A DNA stretch of 64,000 nucleotides from an uncultured Gemmatimonadales bacterium (lineage in GTDB: Bacteria; Gemmatimonadota; Gemmatimonadetes; Gemmatimonadales; Gemmatimonadaceae), in assembly GCA_963850905.1 (NCBI GenBank), contig CAWKMU010000003.1, forward strand, positions 1,728,001-1,792,000. The letters run 5' to 3'. The stretch's first letter is position 1; the number at the start of each line of letters is the position of its first letter. The notes under the pieces were generated by a model that worked only from the letters and a program-made list of their open reading frames with translations, was not told the DNA's origin and did no database searches. Below are positions 1 through 9,245 of the stretch, one piece after another. The position numbers and the translations under genes were made by a program.

Positions 1-510
1 TGGGCCGAGCGGGCGCATGCGTTGCTGTTCCTCGACGTGCAGATCGGCCGGAGCACCGTCAGTGATGAAATCGCTCCCATCATGAAGTACCTGCAGCAGC
101 CGACAGTACACCTGGCGCTCGATCCGGAATTCGCGCTCCCTCCTGGCAAGGTGCCCGGACGGGTGATTGGCACGATGGACGCAGCACAGGTCAATCGAGC
201 CATCTCAGCCCTGGCCGAGCTGGTCGACACGTACCACCTACCTCCGAAGATCCTGATCGTACACCGCTTCACGCGTCCAATGCTTCGACGCGCCGACGAG
301 ATCCACCTCGACCCGCGAGTTCAGGTGGTCATCGACATGGATGGCTTCGGCCCGGATTGGATGAAGCGGGATTCGTATCGAGCGTACGTCGCGTCCGAGC
401 CCGTTCAGTACACGGGATTCAAGCTGTTCTACAAGAACGACAAGCCGCTCATGACGGCGCACGACGTGCTTGGTCTCTTTCCCTCGCCCGTCTTCGTCAT
501 GTTCCAGTAG
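1..510 (+). CDS. Conserved hypothetical protein (5' partial)
   Basis: Frame open from position 1 to TAG at 508-510; protein-like composition with motifs HLALDPEF, LIVHRF, DMDGFG, GFKLFY; function not recognised. Confidence 0.6.
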   Translation, partial: WAERAHALLFLDVQIGRSTVSDEIAPIMKYLQQPTVHLALDPEFALPPGKVPGRVIGTMDAAQVNRAISALAELVDTYHLPPKILIVHRFTRPMLRRADEIHLDPRVQVVIDMDGFGPDWMKRDSYRAYVASEPVQYTGFKLFYKNDKPLMTAHDVLGLFPSPVFVMFQ

Positions 511-612
511 GGCGGCTCGATCGCGCCGGATCGCCCGACCCGTTCTGGACACATGTTTCGAGTGTCATTACCGTTACACAGTCATTCACATTGCGGAGGA
601 GACATCCCACAC

Positions 613-1035
613 ATGTTACGTCATCTGTCGGTGCCGTTGCTCGTCGGTGCAGTCGCGGTCGCCGCTTTCGCCTGTTCCAGCGCGACGGCGCCCGCCAACC
701 TCACCGGCCCGTACGTCGGGACCTACACAATGGATAGCGTGACCGCATCAGCACTCGAGTCCGAGTTCAAACCGAACGGCACGCTCGACTCCGCCGACGG
801 GGTGCACGGCACGCTCGTGCTCAAGAGCGATTCTTTCTATATCACGCTCACTGGCACCTTCCCCGGGCGTGACAGCGGGGGGTTCAGCATCAGCAGCTCG
901 AACCAGTGGACGCTCGACGGCACGTTGTTCAGCGGCACTGGGACCGGTGCGCTGGTCGGCAATCAACTGCAGATCACGTTGACGGGAGGAGCAGCGCTCG
1001 GGAATCTGTACGGGCTGTTTACGAAGCAGCAGTAG
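613..1035 (+). CDS. Putative lipoprotein, beta-rich, unknown function
   Basis: GGAGGA RBS at 595-600, ATG 613, signal peptide ending in lipobox-like AFA-C. Confidence 0.6.
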   Translation: MLRHLSVPLLVGAVAVAAFACSSATAPANLTGPYVGTYTMDSVTASALESEFKPNGTLDSADGVHGTLVLKSDSFYITLTGTFPGRDSGGFSISSSNQWTLDGTLFSGTGTGALVGNQLQITLTGGAALGNLYGLFTKQQ

Positions 1036-1038
1036 GGT

Positions 1039-3261
1039 ATGCGGGTCGGTCGTTGCTGTGGGTGGGCTCCCAGTCGATGGGCGAGGGAGGTGCGGCGCCT
1101 GCGCCGTGTGAGTGCGGTGCTCGGGGGAGTGGTCGCGTCGCTGGTCGCTCTCGACCGGTCAAGACTCGACGCGCAGATCCCCTCGGGGACGGTCGAGGGC
1201 CGCGTAATCGACAGCGCGAGCGGCGCGCCGATCCCGGGCGCGAATGTGCTTGTTCCCGGGTCCTTCTGGCGGACGACCACCAACGACCGCGGTGTCTACC
1301 ATCTCCGCGGTGTTGTTCCCGGCCACTACACCGTTCGCATCGCCGTCATCGGATTTGAAAGCGTCACGGTGCCCGTTGACGTTCATGCCGACAGCACGAG
1401 CCACGCCGATGTTGGGCTGCGGAAGGCGGTCGTCGAGCTCGCGGAAGTCGCGGTCACGGCCGGGGCCGGAGCCGAGAAGCCGGGGGACACGCCCGCGAGC
1501 GAGGCCGTCATCTCGCGCAACGAGATCCTCAATCGCGACGTCCTGACGGTCGACCAGGCACTCGCCTACGTGCCTGGCGTCATCCTGAACAACACCGATA
1601 TCGACATTCGGGGCTCGACGGGCATCGCCGGCGGGAACGGGAGCCGGGTGATGGTGATGCTCGATGGCCACCCGGTGCTGTCTGGCGACGGCGAATCCGT
1701 GGATTTCAGCGAGCTCCCGCTGCTCGACGTCGACCGCATCGAAGTGGTGAAGGGTGGCTATTCCGCGCTCTACGGGAGCAACGCCCTCGGCGGGGTCGTC
1801 AACGTGATGACCACGCCGCTGGATCAGTCCTCGACGGCGATTGGACTCCATTACGGAAACTACGACGTGCCAGGGCAATACCGCTTTACGGATCACTCCC
1901 TTGGCTACGAGGGCATCGAGCTCGAACGCTCACAACGTATCAGCGACAATGTCGGCGCGCGCCTGTTTCTCGATCGAGAGTCCAACGCCGGCTACGAGCA
2001 GGATAATGGATCGAATCGCTGGCTCACCTACACCAAATTGGTGTTCAATCCGGATGGCCAGCACCCGGGCTCGTTCTACGGCATCTACAAGTGGGAAAAC
2101 GACGGCAATTTCCTGGGCTGGGAGGATCCGAACCACCCGTATCAGGTGCCGCCGAGCGAGGCCAACGATCACTCGATCGCCGCGCGCGTAAGCCTGGGTG
2201 CGACGCTGACACCGCTCGCGCGAGGGACGCAGCACGTCGACGTGAATCCGTACTTTGACTACAACCTCGATCGCGACAGCTTCCCGAGCGACACGATCAA
2301 TCCCAACAAGTATCACCGCTCCTCGCGGCTCGGGACGCGGCTGATCTGGTCGCTCCTCGCAGGATCGCGTCAGGCACTAACAGTCGGCACCAATGTCGCC
2401 GGGACGCTGGTCCAGAGCGATGAGCTGGCCAATCATACCCTCACCAATGCCGGCGTCTACGCGCAGGATCAGATAGCGATCGCGCCGCGCGTCTCCGGGA
2501 TCGCCGGGGTGCGGTACGACTGGCATGATGTCGCCGGTGGCGAGTCCGAAGGGAGCGTAAGCCCCAAAGTCGGTGTCGTCTACAAGCCGACGTCCGACCT
2601 GAGCACTCGGATCTCCGTCGGCCACGGGTACCGGGCGCCCAGCATCATCGAGCAATACACAACCGCCTACGAGGACGGCTTCAACGTCGTGGCCAACCCT
2701 TCCTTGCATGGCGAGTCGTCGTGGTCAGAGGAGATCGGGGCAACCGATCGCTTCACGCGCTGGCTCTGGACGGACGTCGCGCTCTATCAGACCGACTACT
2801 GGGGACTGATCGGCCCTCAGTTGATCGGGAACAACGACGTCGACTTTCAAAACGTCACGCGAGCCCGCATTCGCGGCATCGACGCGTCGACTCGTGCGAC
2901 GGCGATTCCCAACGTCATCGCGACGGAGATCAACTACACCTACCTGGACCCGCAGGACATCGTCAATCACCAGTGGCTGCCCTACCGATCCAGGCACAAC
3001 CTGACCGGATCGCTGGATCTCGTGGGGGGACTCTGCGGGATCGACCTGCACTATCGCAGCCGCATCGAACAGGTGTTGATCTACGCCGGCGACCCCCGCA
3101 GTGACATCACCGTGTTCGATGTCCGCGCCGGCTATCGCGTCTTCGGCACGCTGCTCCAGCTCAAGGTCATCAACCTCTTTCAGGACCAGTACGTCAACGT
3201 CGAGGAGCGCATCCCCGGGCAACCGCGGACGGTGTTCTTCTCGGCGCTGAAGTGGTTCTAG
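1039..3261 (+). CDS. TonB-dependent receptor with N-terminal carboxypeptidase-regulatory-like domain
   Basis: GRVIDS..PIPGANV N-domain; plug motif RIEVVKG..SALYGSNALGGVVN; C-terminal Phe; exact start uncertain. Confidence 0.9.
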   Translation: MRVGRCCGWAPSRWAREVRRLRRVSAVLGGVVASLVALDRSRLDAQIPSGTVEGRVIDSASGAPIPGANVLVPGSFWRTTTNDRGVYHLRGVVPGHYTVRIAVIGFESVTVPVDVHADSTSHADVGLRKAVVELAEVAVTAGAGAEKPGDTPASEAVISRNEILNRDVLTVDQALAYVPGVILNNTDIDIRGSTGIAGGNGSRVMVMLDGHPVLSGDGESVDFSELPLLDVDRIEVVKGGYSALYGSNALGGVVNVMTTPLDQSSTAIGLHYGNYDVPGQYRFTDHSLGYEGIELERSQRISDNVGARLFLDRESNAGYEQDNGSNRWLTYTKLVFNPDGQHPGSFYGIYKWENDGNFLGWEDPNHPYQVPPSEANDHSIAARVSLGATLTPLARGTQHVDVNPYFDYNLDRDSFPSDTINPNKYHRSSRLGTRLIWSLLAGSRQALTVGTNVAGTLVQSDELANHTLTNAGVYAQDQIAIAPRVSGIAGVRYDWHDVAGGESEGSVSPKVGVVYKPTSDLSTRISVGHGYRAPSIIEQYTTAYEDGFNVVANPSLHGESSWSEEIGATDRFTRWLWTDVALYQTDYWGLIGPQLIGNNDVDFQNVTRARIRGIDASTRATAIPNVIATEINYTYLDPQDIVNHQWLPYRSRHNLTGSLDLVGGLCGIDLHYRSRIEQVLIYAGDPRSDITVFDVRAGYRVFGTLLQLKVINLFQDQYVNVEERIPGQPRTVFFSALKWF

Positions 3262-3270
3262 GGAACGACT

Positions 3271-3383
3271 GCGGGTTTGGGGTCTGGGGTCTGGGGTAGC
3301 ACAACAACACAGAAGGCCAGTCGCGCTGCGCATTGACTGGCCCTCGCGGTTTGTTCACCCCAACCCCCCAACCCCGAACCCGC
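3271..3383. repeat. Composite palindrome: (GGGGTCT)n arm / GGCCAGTC..GACTGGCC hairpin / ACCCC-type inverted arm; probable bidirectional terminator
   Basis: Read directly; lies between convergent TBDR and mlaD genes. Confidence 0.75.
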
Positions 3384-3393
3384 TCCTTTGTCC

Positions 3394-4272
3394 CTAAAAC
3401 ACATGCACATTCACATACTTGTTCGGATGCTTCCGCAGGTCCGCGGCGAGCGAGTCGAACTGGCTCAGCACGCGATGGAGGTCGAGGGCGAATGTGGAGT
3501 CGTTGAGCAGCTTGCCAATGCTGCCGCCACCGCTGTCGACCTTCACCAGGATCCCATCGAGGTGATCGGTCGCCCGTTCGAGGTTGCTGCTCAGGGCGGA
3601 CATGTTCGCGGTCGTCGCCTTGAGGTTCTTCACGGCCGAATCGACGGACGCGGAGTCGATGGCGCTCGTCGTCCGGTTCAGGGCGTGCATCGTCTGCGCC
3701 AGCTGGGTCGATTCGTCGGATGCGATCTTGGAGAGTTGGGTGACGAGCGAGTTGGCGCCTTCGAGCGTCTTGCGCAGATCGGCGATCCCTCCGCCCTGGA
3801 CGAGCTCCACTTGCACGGCGCGGGCGACATCCTGCAGGTGGCCACTCGCCGAGTCCGCGCGCGCCATGAGCTCCTGGATACCGGGCGGCGCTTTTCCTGC
3901 CGGGACGGTGTCGCCGGGCGCGAAGTATGACAATGAAGGCCGCGCCCGGAGCGCGACCTCGGCGTCGCCGAAGATGCCGTTCGGTTCCACGATCGCTGTC
4001 GTGCCCTCGGGCACCTTGAAGTGCTTCCCGACTCGCAACGTCACGATCAGCGTGCCGTCCTGCAGGAGATCGACATCGCCGACAAACCCGACGTTCGCGC
4101 CGGCCAGCAACACCGGTTGTCCCTGTCTGATCCCGGCACCCCACGGCAGACGGACGTACAGCGGGTAGCCGGACTGGAGGCCGCCGCGCGCGAGGTAGAT
4201 CGTTCCGACGAACAACGCGATGACGGCGAGGCTCAGCACGACGCCGACAAGCACAGTGTCGCGAGTTTTCAT
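3394..4272 (-). CDS. mlaD: MlaD/MCE family lipid ABC transporter substrate-binding protein
   Basis: N-terminal TM, MCE motif GIRQGQPVLLAGANVGFV, helical C-terminus GSIGKLLND; ATGA overlap with mlaE stop. Confidence 0.85.
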   Translation of the reverse strand: MKTRDTVLVGVVLSLAVIALFVGTIYLARGGLQSGYPLYVRLPWGAGIRQGQPVLLAGANVGFVGDVDLLQDGTLIVTLRVGKHFKVPEGTTAIVEPNGIFGDAEVALRARPSLSYFAPGDTVPAGKAPPGIQELMARADSASGHLQDVARAVQVELVQGGGIADLRKTLEGANSLVTQLSKIASDESTQLAQTMHALNRTTSAIDSASVDSAVKNLKATTANMSALSSNLERATDHLDGILVKVDSGGGSIGKLLNDSTFALDLHRVLSQFDSLAADLRKHPNKYVNVHVF

Positions 4273-5124
4273 GCCTGGAGGTAAGGGGCCAAGACGGCGG
4301 CCGTGAGCGCGTCGAGCACGAGGATCCAGATGGACGAGATCACGACGGCCTTCGCGGTCGATTGCCCGACCCCTTCGGCGCCAGCTCCCGTATAGTACCC
4401 CTCGTAGCTGCAGAGGAAGGAAATCGCTCCACCAAACATGATCGCTTTGAGCAGACTGTAAAAGACCTGGAACGACTTGTAGCCCAGGCGCAGACCATCG
4501 CGGAACTCGAACGTGTGTACGCCTGTGGCGAACACCGACGTGAGGTAGGCGAAGCAGATCCCGATTCGCATCCGCGTAGATGGTCAGTACCGGTAACATG
4601 ATCAGACCGGCGATGATCCGGGGAACGACGAGATACGCAACCGGGTCGTACGCGAGTGTCTCGAGAGCGTCGATCTGCTCGGTGACCCGCATGGTCCCGA
4701 TTTCCGCTGTCATCTGCGCGCCGACGCGTCCGGCGAGGACCAGTCCGGTGAGCAGCGGCCCCAGCTCGAGGATCACCATCTGCCGCGCAATCAACCCGAC
4801 GACTGAGAGCTGGATCCCAGCGAAGAGCTGGTACCGCGTCTGGAGCGCGATGACACTGCCGATGAAGGCCGCGACGAGGGACGCCAACGGCAACGAGTCG
4901 ACGCCGATCGCTCGCATCTGCTTGAGGGTTTCAGGCAGGTACGTCTTGGGCTCGGCCAGCGCCCGCAGGATCTCGCGCGCGAAGTACCCGCGGCTCCCGA
5001 CGCCCTCGAAGACGCCGAGGATCGCGGTGGCCGCGCGCTCCCACGCGGTCGTCAGGATATTGGTTCGCTGTGGAGGATCGGTGGCGTCCCCGCGCGCGCC
5101 ACCGGGCAGCGCTGATGAGGTCAC
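4269..5124 (-). CDS. mlaE: MlaE family ABC permease (frameshifted near 4565)
   Basis: ELGPLLTGLVLAGRVGA..TAEIGTMRVTEQIDALE motif; C-terminal GAEGVGQSTAKAVV is in another frame; removing one base restores IYADAIGICF. Confidence 0.85.
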
Positions 5125-6299
5125 GTGCGGACGCGAGTCAGCAGATACACGCCCGCAATCGTGAAGATCACGTTCGGAATCCAGGCCGCGAGATATGGCG
5201 GAATGAGTCCCTTGGCTCCGACGGCCTTGGTGAGCTGGATCATCATCAGGAACAGCACTGTGGTCGCCAGGCTGATCGCGATCCCGAAGGCTGCTCCGCC
5301 GCGTTGCGTGCTGGTGGCCAGCGGTGCACCGAACAGCGCAATGATGATGCACGTCACCGGCACGGCGATCTTCTGCGCGAGCTCGACTTTGAGCTCGTCC
5401 GCGTTGCCGCCCGATCGCTCCAGGGCACCGATGAAGCGGCGCAACTCACCGAATCGCATGTCTTCCGGGTTCTTGGGTGCCGCCATCAGCTCCGGCGGGG
5501 CCTCACGCAGGTGGTTGTCGTGGGCGGAATCGAATTGTAGCGTCAAGTCGTCCACGCTGTCCGGCACGACATGCAACACGCCCTGGACGAGCGTCCAGCC
5601 ATGGCCGGCGTGCCAGTTGGCGTTCTGCGCCGACAGGATGTAGGTCGGATACGCGGGCCCAACGCCGTGGCGCTCGATCTCGACCGAATTCATCGAGCCG
5701 TGCCCCGCGTCCAGCCCTCCGACTTTGTAGACCCGCCCTTCCTCGGCGGCATACGCGAAGTTGTACCGCTGGTTCCCGCCGCGGAACTGTTGCTCCTCGA
5801 GAATCTCATCGTGCTTGGCGTTCGTCACCGGCGCCAACTCTCCGATGCCCAGACCCAAAACGGCGGCCAGACAGGCCGCGAAGAACACCGGCGCAGTCCA
5901 TCGGTAGAAGCTGATGCCCGATGCTTTGGCGGCGGTGATCTCCGAGTGGCGAGTAAAGGCGCCGATGGAGAACACCGTTGCGAAGAGCACGGCGGCGGGG
6001 AGCACCAAAAACATGGAGCCCGGTACCCAGTACAGGTAACTCAGGGCGATCCGCGGCGCCGGGATGTTACGCTGGAGATACGTCTCGAGGTGGTCGGTCA
6101 GGTCGATCACGATGACCAGCACCGGAAACCCAATGGCGGTCGTGACGAAGATCTTGACCCACTCGAGGAATACGTAGGCGTCGAGCGGGCCCACGGTCAT
6201 GCGCTTGCGGGCGCTCGTCGACCGTGTCCGGGCACGTTCGGCGCGCTCGGGTGCCGATGGCGGTACCGCCACGAGGGCGCGCTCCTCGATGGCCGTCAC
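5121..6299 (-). CDS. lptG: LptF/LptG family LPS export permease (LptG-like)
   Basis: LDAYV..., SEITAAKASGIS motif, C-terminal LAAWIPNVIF; GTGA overlap with lptF stop. Confidence 0.85.
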   Translation of the reverse strand: MTAIEERALVAVPPSAPERAERARTRSTSARKRMTVGPLDAYVFLEWVKIFVTTAIGFPVLVIVIDLTDHLETYLQRNIPAPRIALSYLYWVPGSMFLVLPAAVLFATVFSIGAFTRHSEITAAKASGISFYRWTAPVFFAACLAAVLGLGIGELAPVTNAKHDEILEEQQFRGGNQRYNFAYAAEEGRVYKVGGLDAGHGSMNSVEIERHGVGPAYPTYILSAQNANWHAGHGWTLVQGVLHVVPDSVDDLTLQFDSAHDNHLREAPPELMAAPKNPEDMRFGELRRFIGALERSGGNADELKVELAQKIAVPVTCIIIALFGAPLATSTQRGGAAFGIAISLATTVLFLMMIQLTKAVGAKGLIPPYLAAWIPNVIFTIAGVYLLTRVRT

Positions 6300-8068
6300 G
6301 ATGCGCGCTCCGCGGGTAGTGGACCCGGTCGCGCCCCGATCCGAACGTTCGACCACCATGCTTTGATCGCGTCCTTCAGTTCGCCGAGCTCGCCGCCGCG
6401 CGACGTGGCTCCGGCGCGGCCGACCCGCGCGAGCAATGCCACTCCGGCGGCCAGGAAGATCACATTGGATGCCCACATCGCCCAGAAAGGCGAGACCGTG
6501 CCGTTCTGCGCCAGCGGCTCGCCGGCGATGAGCCCGACATAGTAGAGGCCGAACACGGCGAAGCTCACGCCGATGACCAGGCCGACGCCGCCTCGGGGAA
6601 AGCGAAGCGCGACGGGCGCGCCGAGTAACACGAAGATCGCGCACGCCACCGAGATGGCGAACTTCTTTTGGATTTCCACATCGTACGTGGCGTTGGTCCG
6701 ACGATTGTCCTCGATCCGCGCGCGATCGGCATCGAAACTTGCGCTCAGCGTATTGAGCGTCGCGACGGCGCTGATCGGGATCACTTGCGAAATCGTCGTC
6801 GGTTTTGGTGGCGGACCGATCGCCGACGGGACGTTGGCTGGCAACAGCGGCTTAGCGGCAGCGCCAACCGCAGGCAGGCCAGCCGACGGCGCCCCAGATG
6901 ATGGCAAGCCCGCGGAAGGCGGCAGGCCCGCGGAAGGCGGCAGGCCCGCGGAAGGCGGCAAACCGGCCGACGGCCCAGCTCCGGCGCCACCCGCGGGAGG
7001 TGGCCCGGGGTTCGCGAACGGTGCTACGGCGGCAGGGCCACCCAGGCTCGCGCCCCCCAGCGTGGTGTCGGCGCGACTCGCCCGAGTCACTCTGGCGAGG
7101 AGGTCGCAATACAAGCGTCCGACGCTCGGTTTGGGCCGGAAGGGGTTGGTCGGCGCGCCTGGTGGCGCCGGCGGCGTCGCGCTCGTACCCGTCGCCGCAA
7201 TCCGCGCGGCGTTGACGAACTGAAAGCGAATCTGTTGGCGTGCCTCGGCGTCGGCACGCTCGGCGTCGGCGACGACCTGCTGCATCTCGCACACCGACAT
7301 CTCGCGCTCGCTCTTGTAGGTATCGTTGGTGGACCGGGTGAGCGTGTTGCCGACGCCCCGGACTCGTACGTGATTCACGATATAATAGATGCGCTGCAGC
7401 TCCGCGGGGTTCGCCTTCTGCACGTCCTGAATGACCCCGTGGAAGAGGTTGAGCTTCAGATCGCCGTCGGCCGTCAGCCCCATGGTGCCGCTGTCCGCGT
7501 AGATGGTCCGACGCCTCGACGCATCGCCCAGGTCGTAGATCACGACCTCCCGCATGCGGTCGGTGGCCTCATCGAGTTGACCCGCACGCAGATAGAGCTT
7601 GCCCGGCGAGACTTCGTTGATCACCTGGGCATGGAGGGCGAATGTCGGCTTTTTGCGGGCGATGTCTTCCATGAGCGTCCGCAGCTGGTGATTCGACCGG
7701 GGCAACACCTGGTCGTTGAAGGCGATCATGAACAGCGACAGGCCGGCGGCCGCAATGAGCGTCGGGATGAGGAGGCGGCTCAGCGAGACGCCGCTCGCCT
7801 TCATCGCGGTGATCTCGTTTTCCGCCGCAAGCCGGCTGAAGGCGTACAGAACGGCTACGAGCACGGCCATTGGCAACGTCATGGCGAACGTGAACGGCAC
7901 CGACAGCCCGACGAACTCGCCGATCACGCTCCACGGCAACCCCTTCCCGACGAGGTTGCCGATGTTCTTTGCGATATAGTTCAGTAGCAGAAGCGACGTG
8001 AGCGCCGTCAGGGAAAAGAGCAGCGGGCCCAAGTGCTCTCGGAGCGCGTATTTGCTGAGTATCTTCAC
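6296..8068 (-). CDS. lptF: LptF/LptG family LPS export permease (LptF-like) with long Pro/Ala/Gly insertion
   Basis: KILSKY start, NEITAMKASGVS, EIQKKFAIS..C motifs. Confidence 0.85.
   Translation of the reverse strand: MKILSKYALREHLGPLLFSLTALTSLLLLNYIAKNIGNLVGKGLPWSVIGEFVGLSVPFTFAMTLPMAVLVAVLYAFSRLAAENEITAMKASGVSLSRLLIPTLIAAAGLSLFMIAFNDQVLPRSNHQLRTLMEDIARKKPTFALHAQVINEVSPGKLYLRAGQLDEATDRMREVVIYDLGDASRRRTIYADSGTMGLTADGDLKLNLFHGVIQDVQKANPAELQRIYYIVNHVRVRGVGNTLTRSTNDTYKSEREMSVCEMQQVVADAERADAEARQQIRFQFVNAARIAATGTSATPPAPPGAPTNPFRPKPSVGRLYCDLLARVTRASRADTTLGGASLGGPAAVAPFANPGPPPAGGAGAGPSAGLPPSAGLPPSAGLPPSAGLPSSGAPSAGLPAVGAAAKPLLPANVPSAIGPPPKPTTISQVIPISAVATLNTLSASFDADRARIEDNRRTNATYDVEIQKKFAISVACAIFVLLGAPVALRFPRGGVGLVIGVSFAVFGLYYVGLIAGEPLAQNGTVSPFWAMWASNVIFLAAGVALLARVGRAGATSRGGELGELKDAIKAWWSNVRIGARPGPLPAERAS
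6903..6974. repeat. 18-bp coding tandem repeat (GGCAGGCCCGCGGAAGGC x3 plus degenerate copy) encoding (PSAGLP)n in lptF
   Basis: Read directly in DNA and protein. Confidence 0.85.
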
Positions 8069-8206
8069 GGTTTGAAATTCCGCCCTGTCAATCGTCAAAT
8101 TCAAGGCCGAAGGGCTCGCAGGGCGGGTAACAGAAGGGGCGCCATCGGCGTCCTCGACCGGACCGCCAGCGGCAACGGCAGACTGGTCGCACCCATTCAC
8201 CCGCCT

Positions 8207-9109
8207 GTGAAATTGTCAGTTTTCGTCGCGTGCGCTGTCCTGTCCCTCTGGGGCTGTCAGCGTAGCATCCAACCCCGCACAGCGTTCGACGGCGAGGCCG
8301 CGATGGGCTACGCCAGGACGCTGCTCGCATTTGGGCCACGCGTCCCCGGAACGCCAGGGGCCCAGCACGGCGGCGACTGGATCAACGCCCAGATGCGACT
8401 GCGGGCCGACACGGTCATGGTTCAAAGCTGGAACTACACCACCACCAACGGGACGGTCCTGCCGCTCCGCAACATTCTTGCGCGCTTCCGGCCGACGGCG
8501 ACCGATCGCGTGCTCTACGTGACGCATTGGGACACGCGTCCAATCTCGGACGAAGCCCGCGATTCGGCGCAACGGCAGATCCCCGTACCGGGTGCGAACG
8601 ATGGCGCCTCGGGCGTGGCGCTGTTTATGGCGCTCGGGGACGTGCTCAAGAAGACACCGCCGACCGTCGGCGTCGATCTGCTGTTCGTGGACGGCGAGGA
8701 TTACGGCGACTTCGCGACGATGCATGATGTGTTGCTCGGATCGACGTACTTCGCGACGCACCTGCCCGAACCGGGCTACCGCCCACTGTATGGGATCCTG
8801 TGGGACATGATCGGCGACCGCGACCTGGACATCTATGAAGAGGTCAACTCCGTGCATTTCGCCCCGGAGGTCGTGCAGCGGGTGTGGACACAGGCCGCCG
8901 ACCTCGGGTACGGCCGGTACTTTCTGTCGCAGACGAAATACACGGTGACCGATGACCATCTCCCGCTGCTCAAGGCGGGCCTCCGCGTGATCGACGTCAT
9001 CGATCTCGACTACCCGCCCCACCACACGCCGGAAGACACGATCGACAAGATCTCCGCCCGGTCGCTCCAGGTCGTGGGCGACGTCGCCACCGCGCTCGTG
9101 ACCATGTAG
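8207..9109 (+). CDS. M28-fold lipoprotein, probable glutaminyl-peptide cyclotransferase-like
   Basis: Lipobox LWG-C; HWDTRP, GANDGASG, DGEDYG, DMIGD, DDH, HHT..DT zinc-site motifs. Confidence 0.8.
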   Translation: MKLSVFVACAVLSLWGCQRSIQPRTAFDGEAAMGYARTLLAFGPRVPGTPGAQHGGDWINAQMRLRADTVMVQSWNYTTTNGTVLPLRNILARFRPTATDRVLYVTHWDTRPISDEARDSAQRQIPVPGANDGASGVALFMALGDVLKKTPPTVGVDLLFVDGEDYGDFATMHDVLLGSTYFATHLPEPGYRPLYGILWDMIGDRDLDIYEEVNSVHFAPEVVQRVWTQAADLGYGRYFLSQTKYTVTDDHLPLLKAGLRVIDVIDLDYPPHHTPEDTIDKISARSLQVVGDVATALVTM

Positions 9110-9245
9110 CTACCCGAAAGCGCCCCGAAGCACAGCGGGCCCAGCGGTGACGAAACTTTCGCTGGGCGCGTCCTCCACACGTGCCGCCTTCCCCAGTGCC
9201 GACCGCCACTCCGCGGGCGGCTTGGATCATCCTGCGAGCCGTGCC

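Noticed and set aside
3394..5352. Apparent 652-aa MlaE-MlaD fusion in the ORF track
   Set aside because: Created by a one-base insertion near 4565; the MlaE C-terminus with its own stop lies in another frame and overlaps the mlaD ATG
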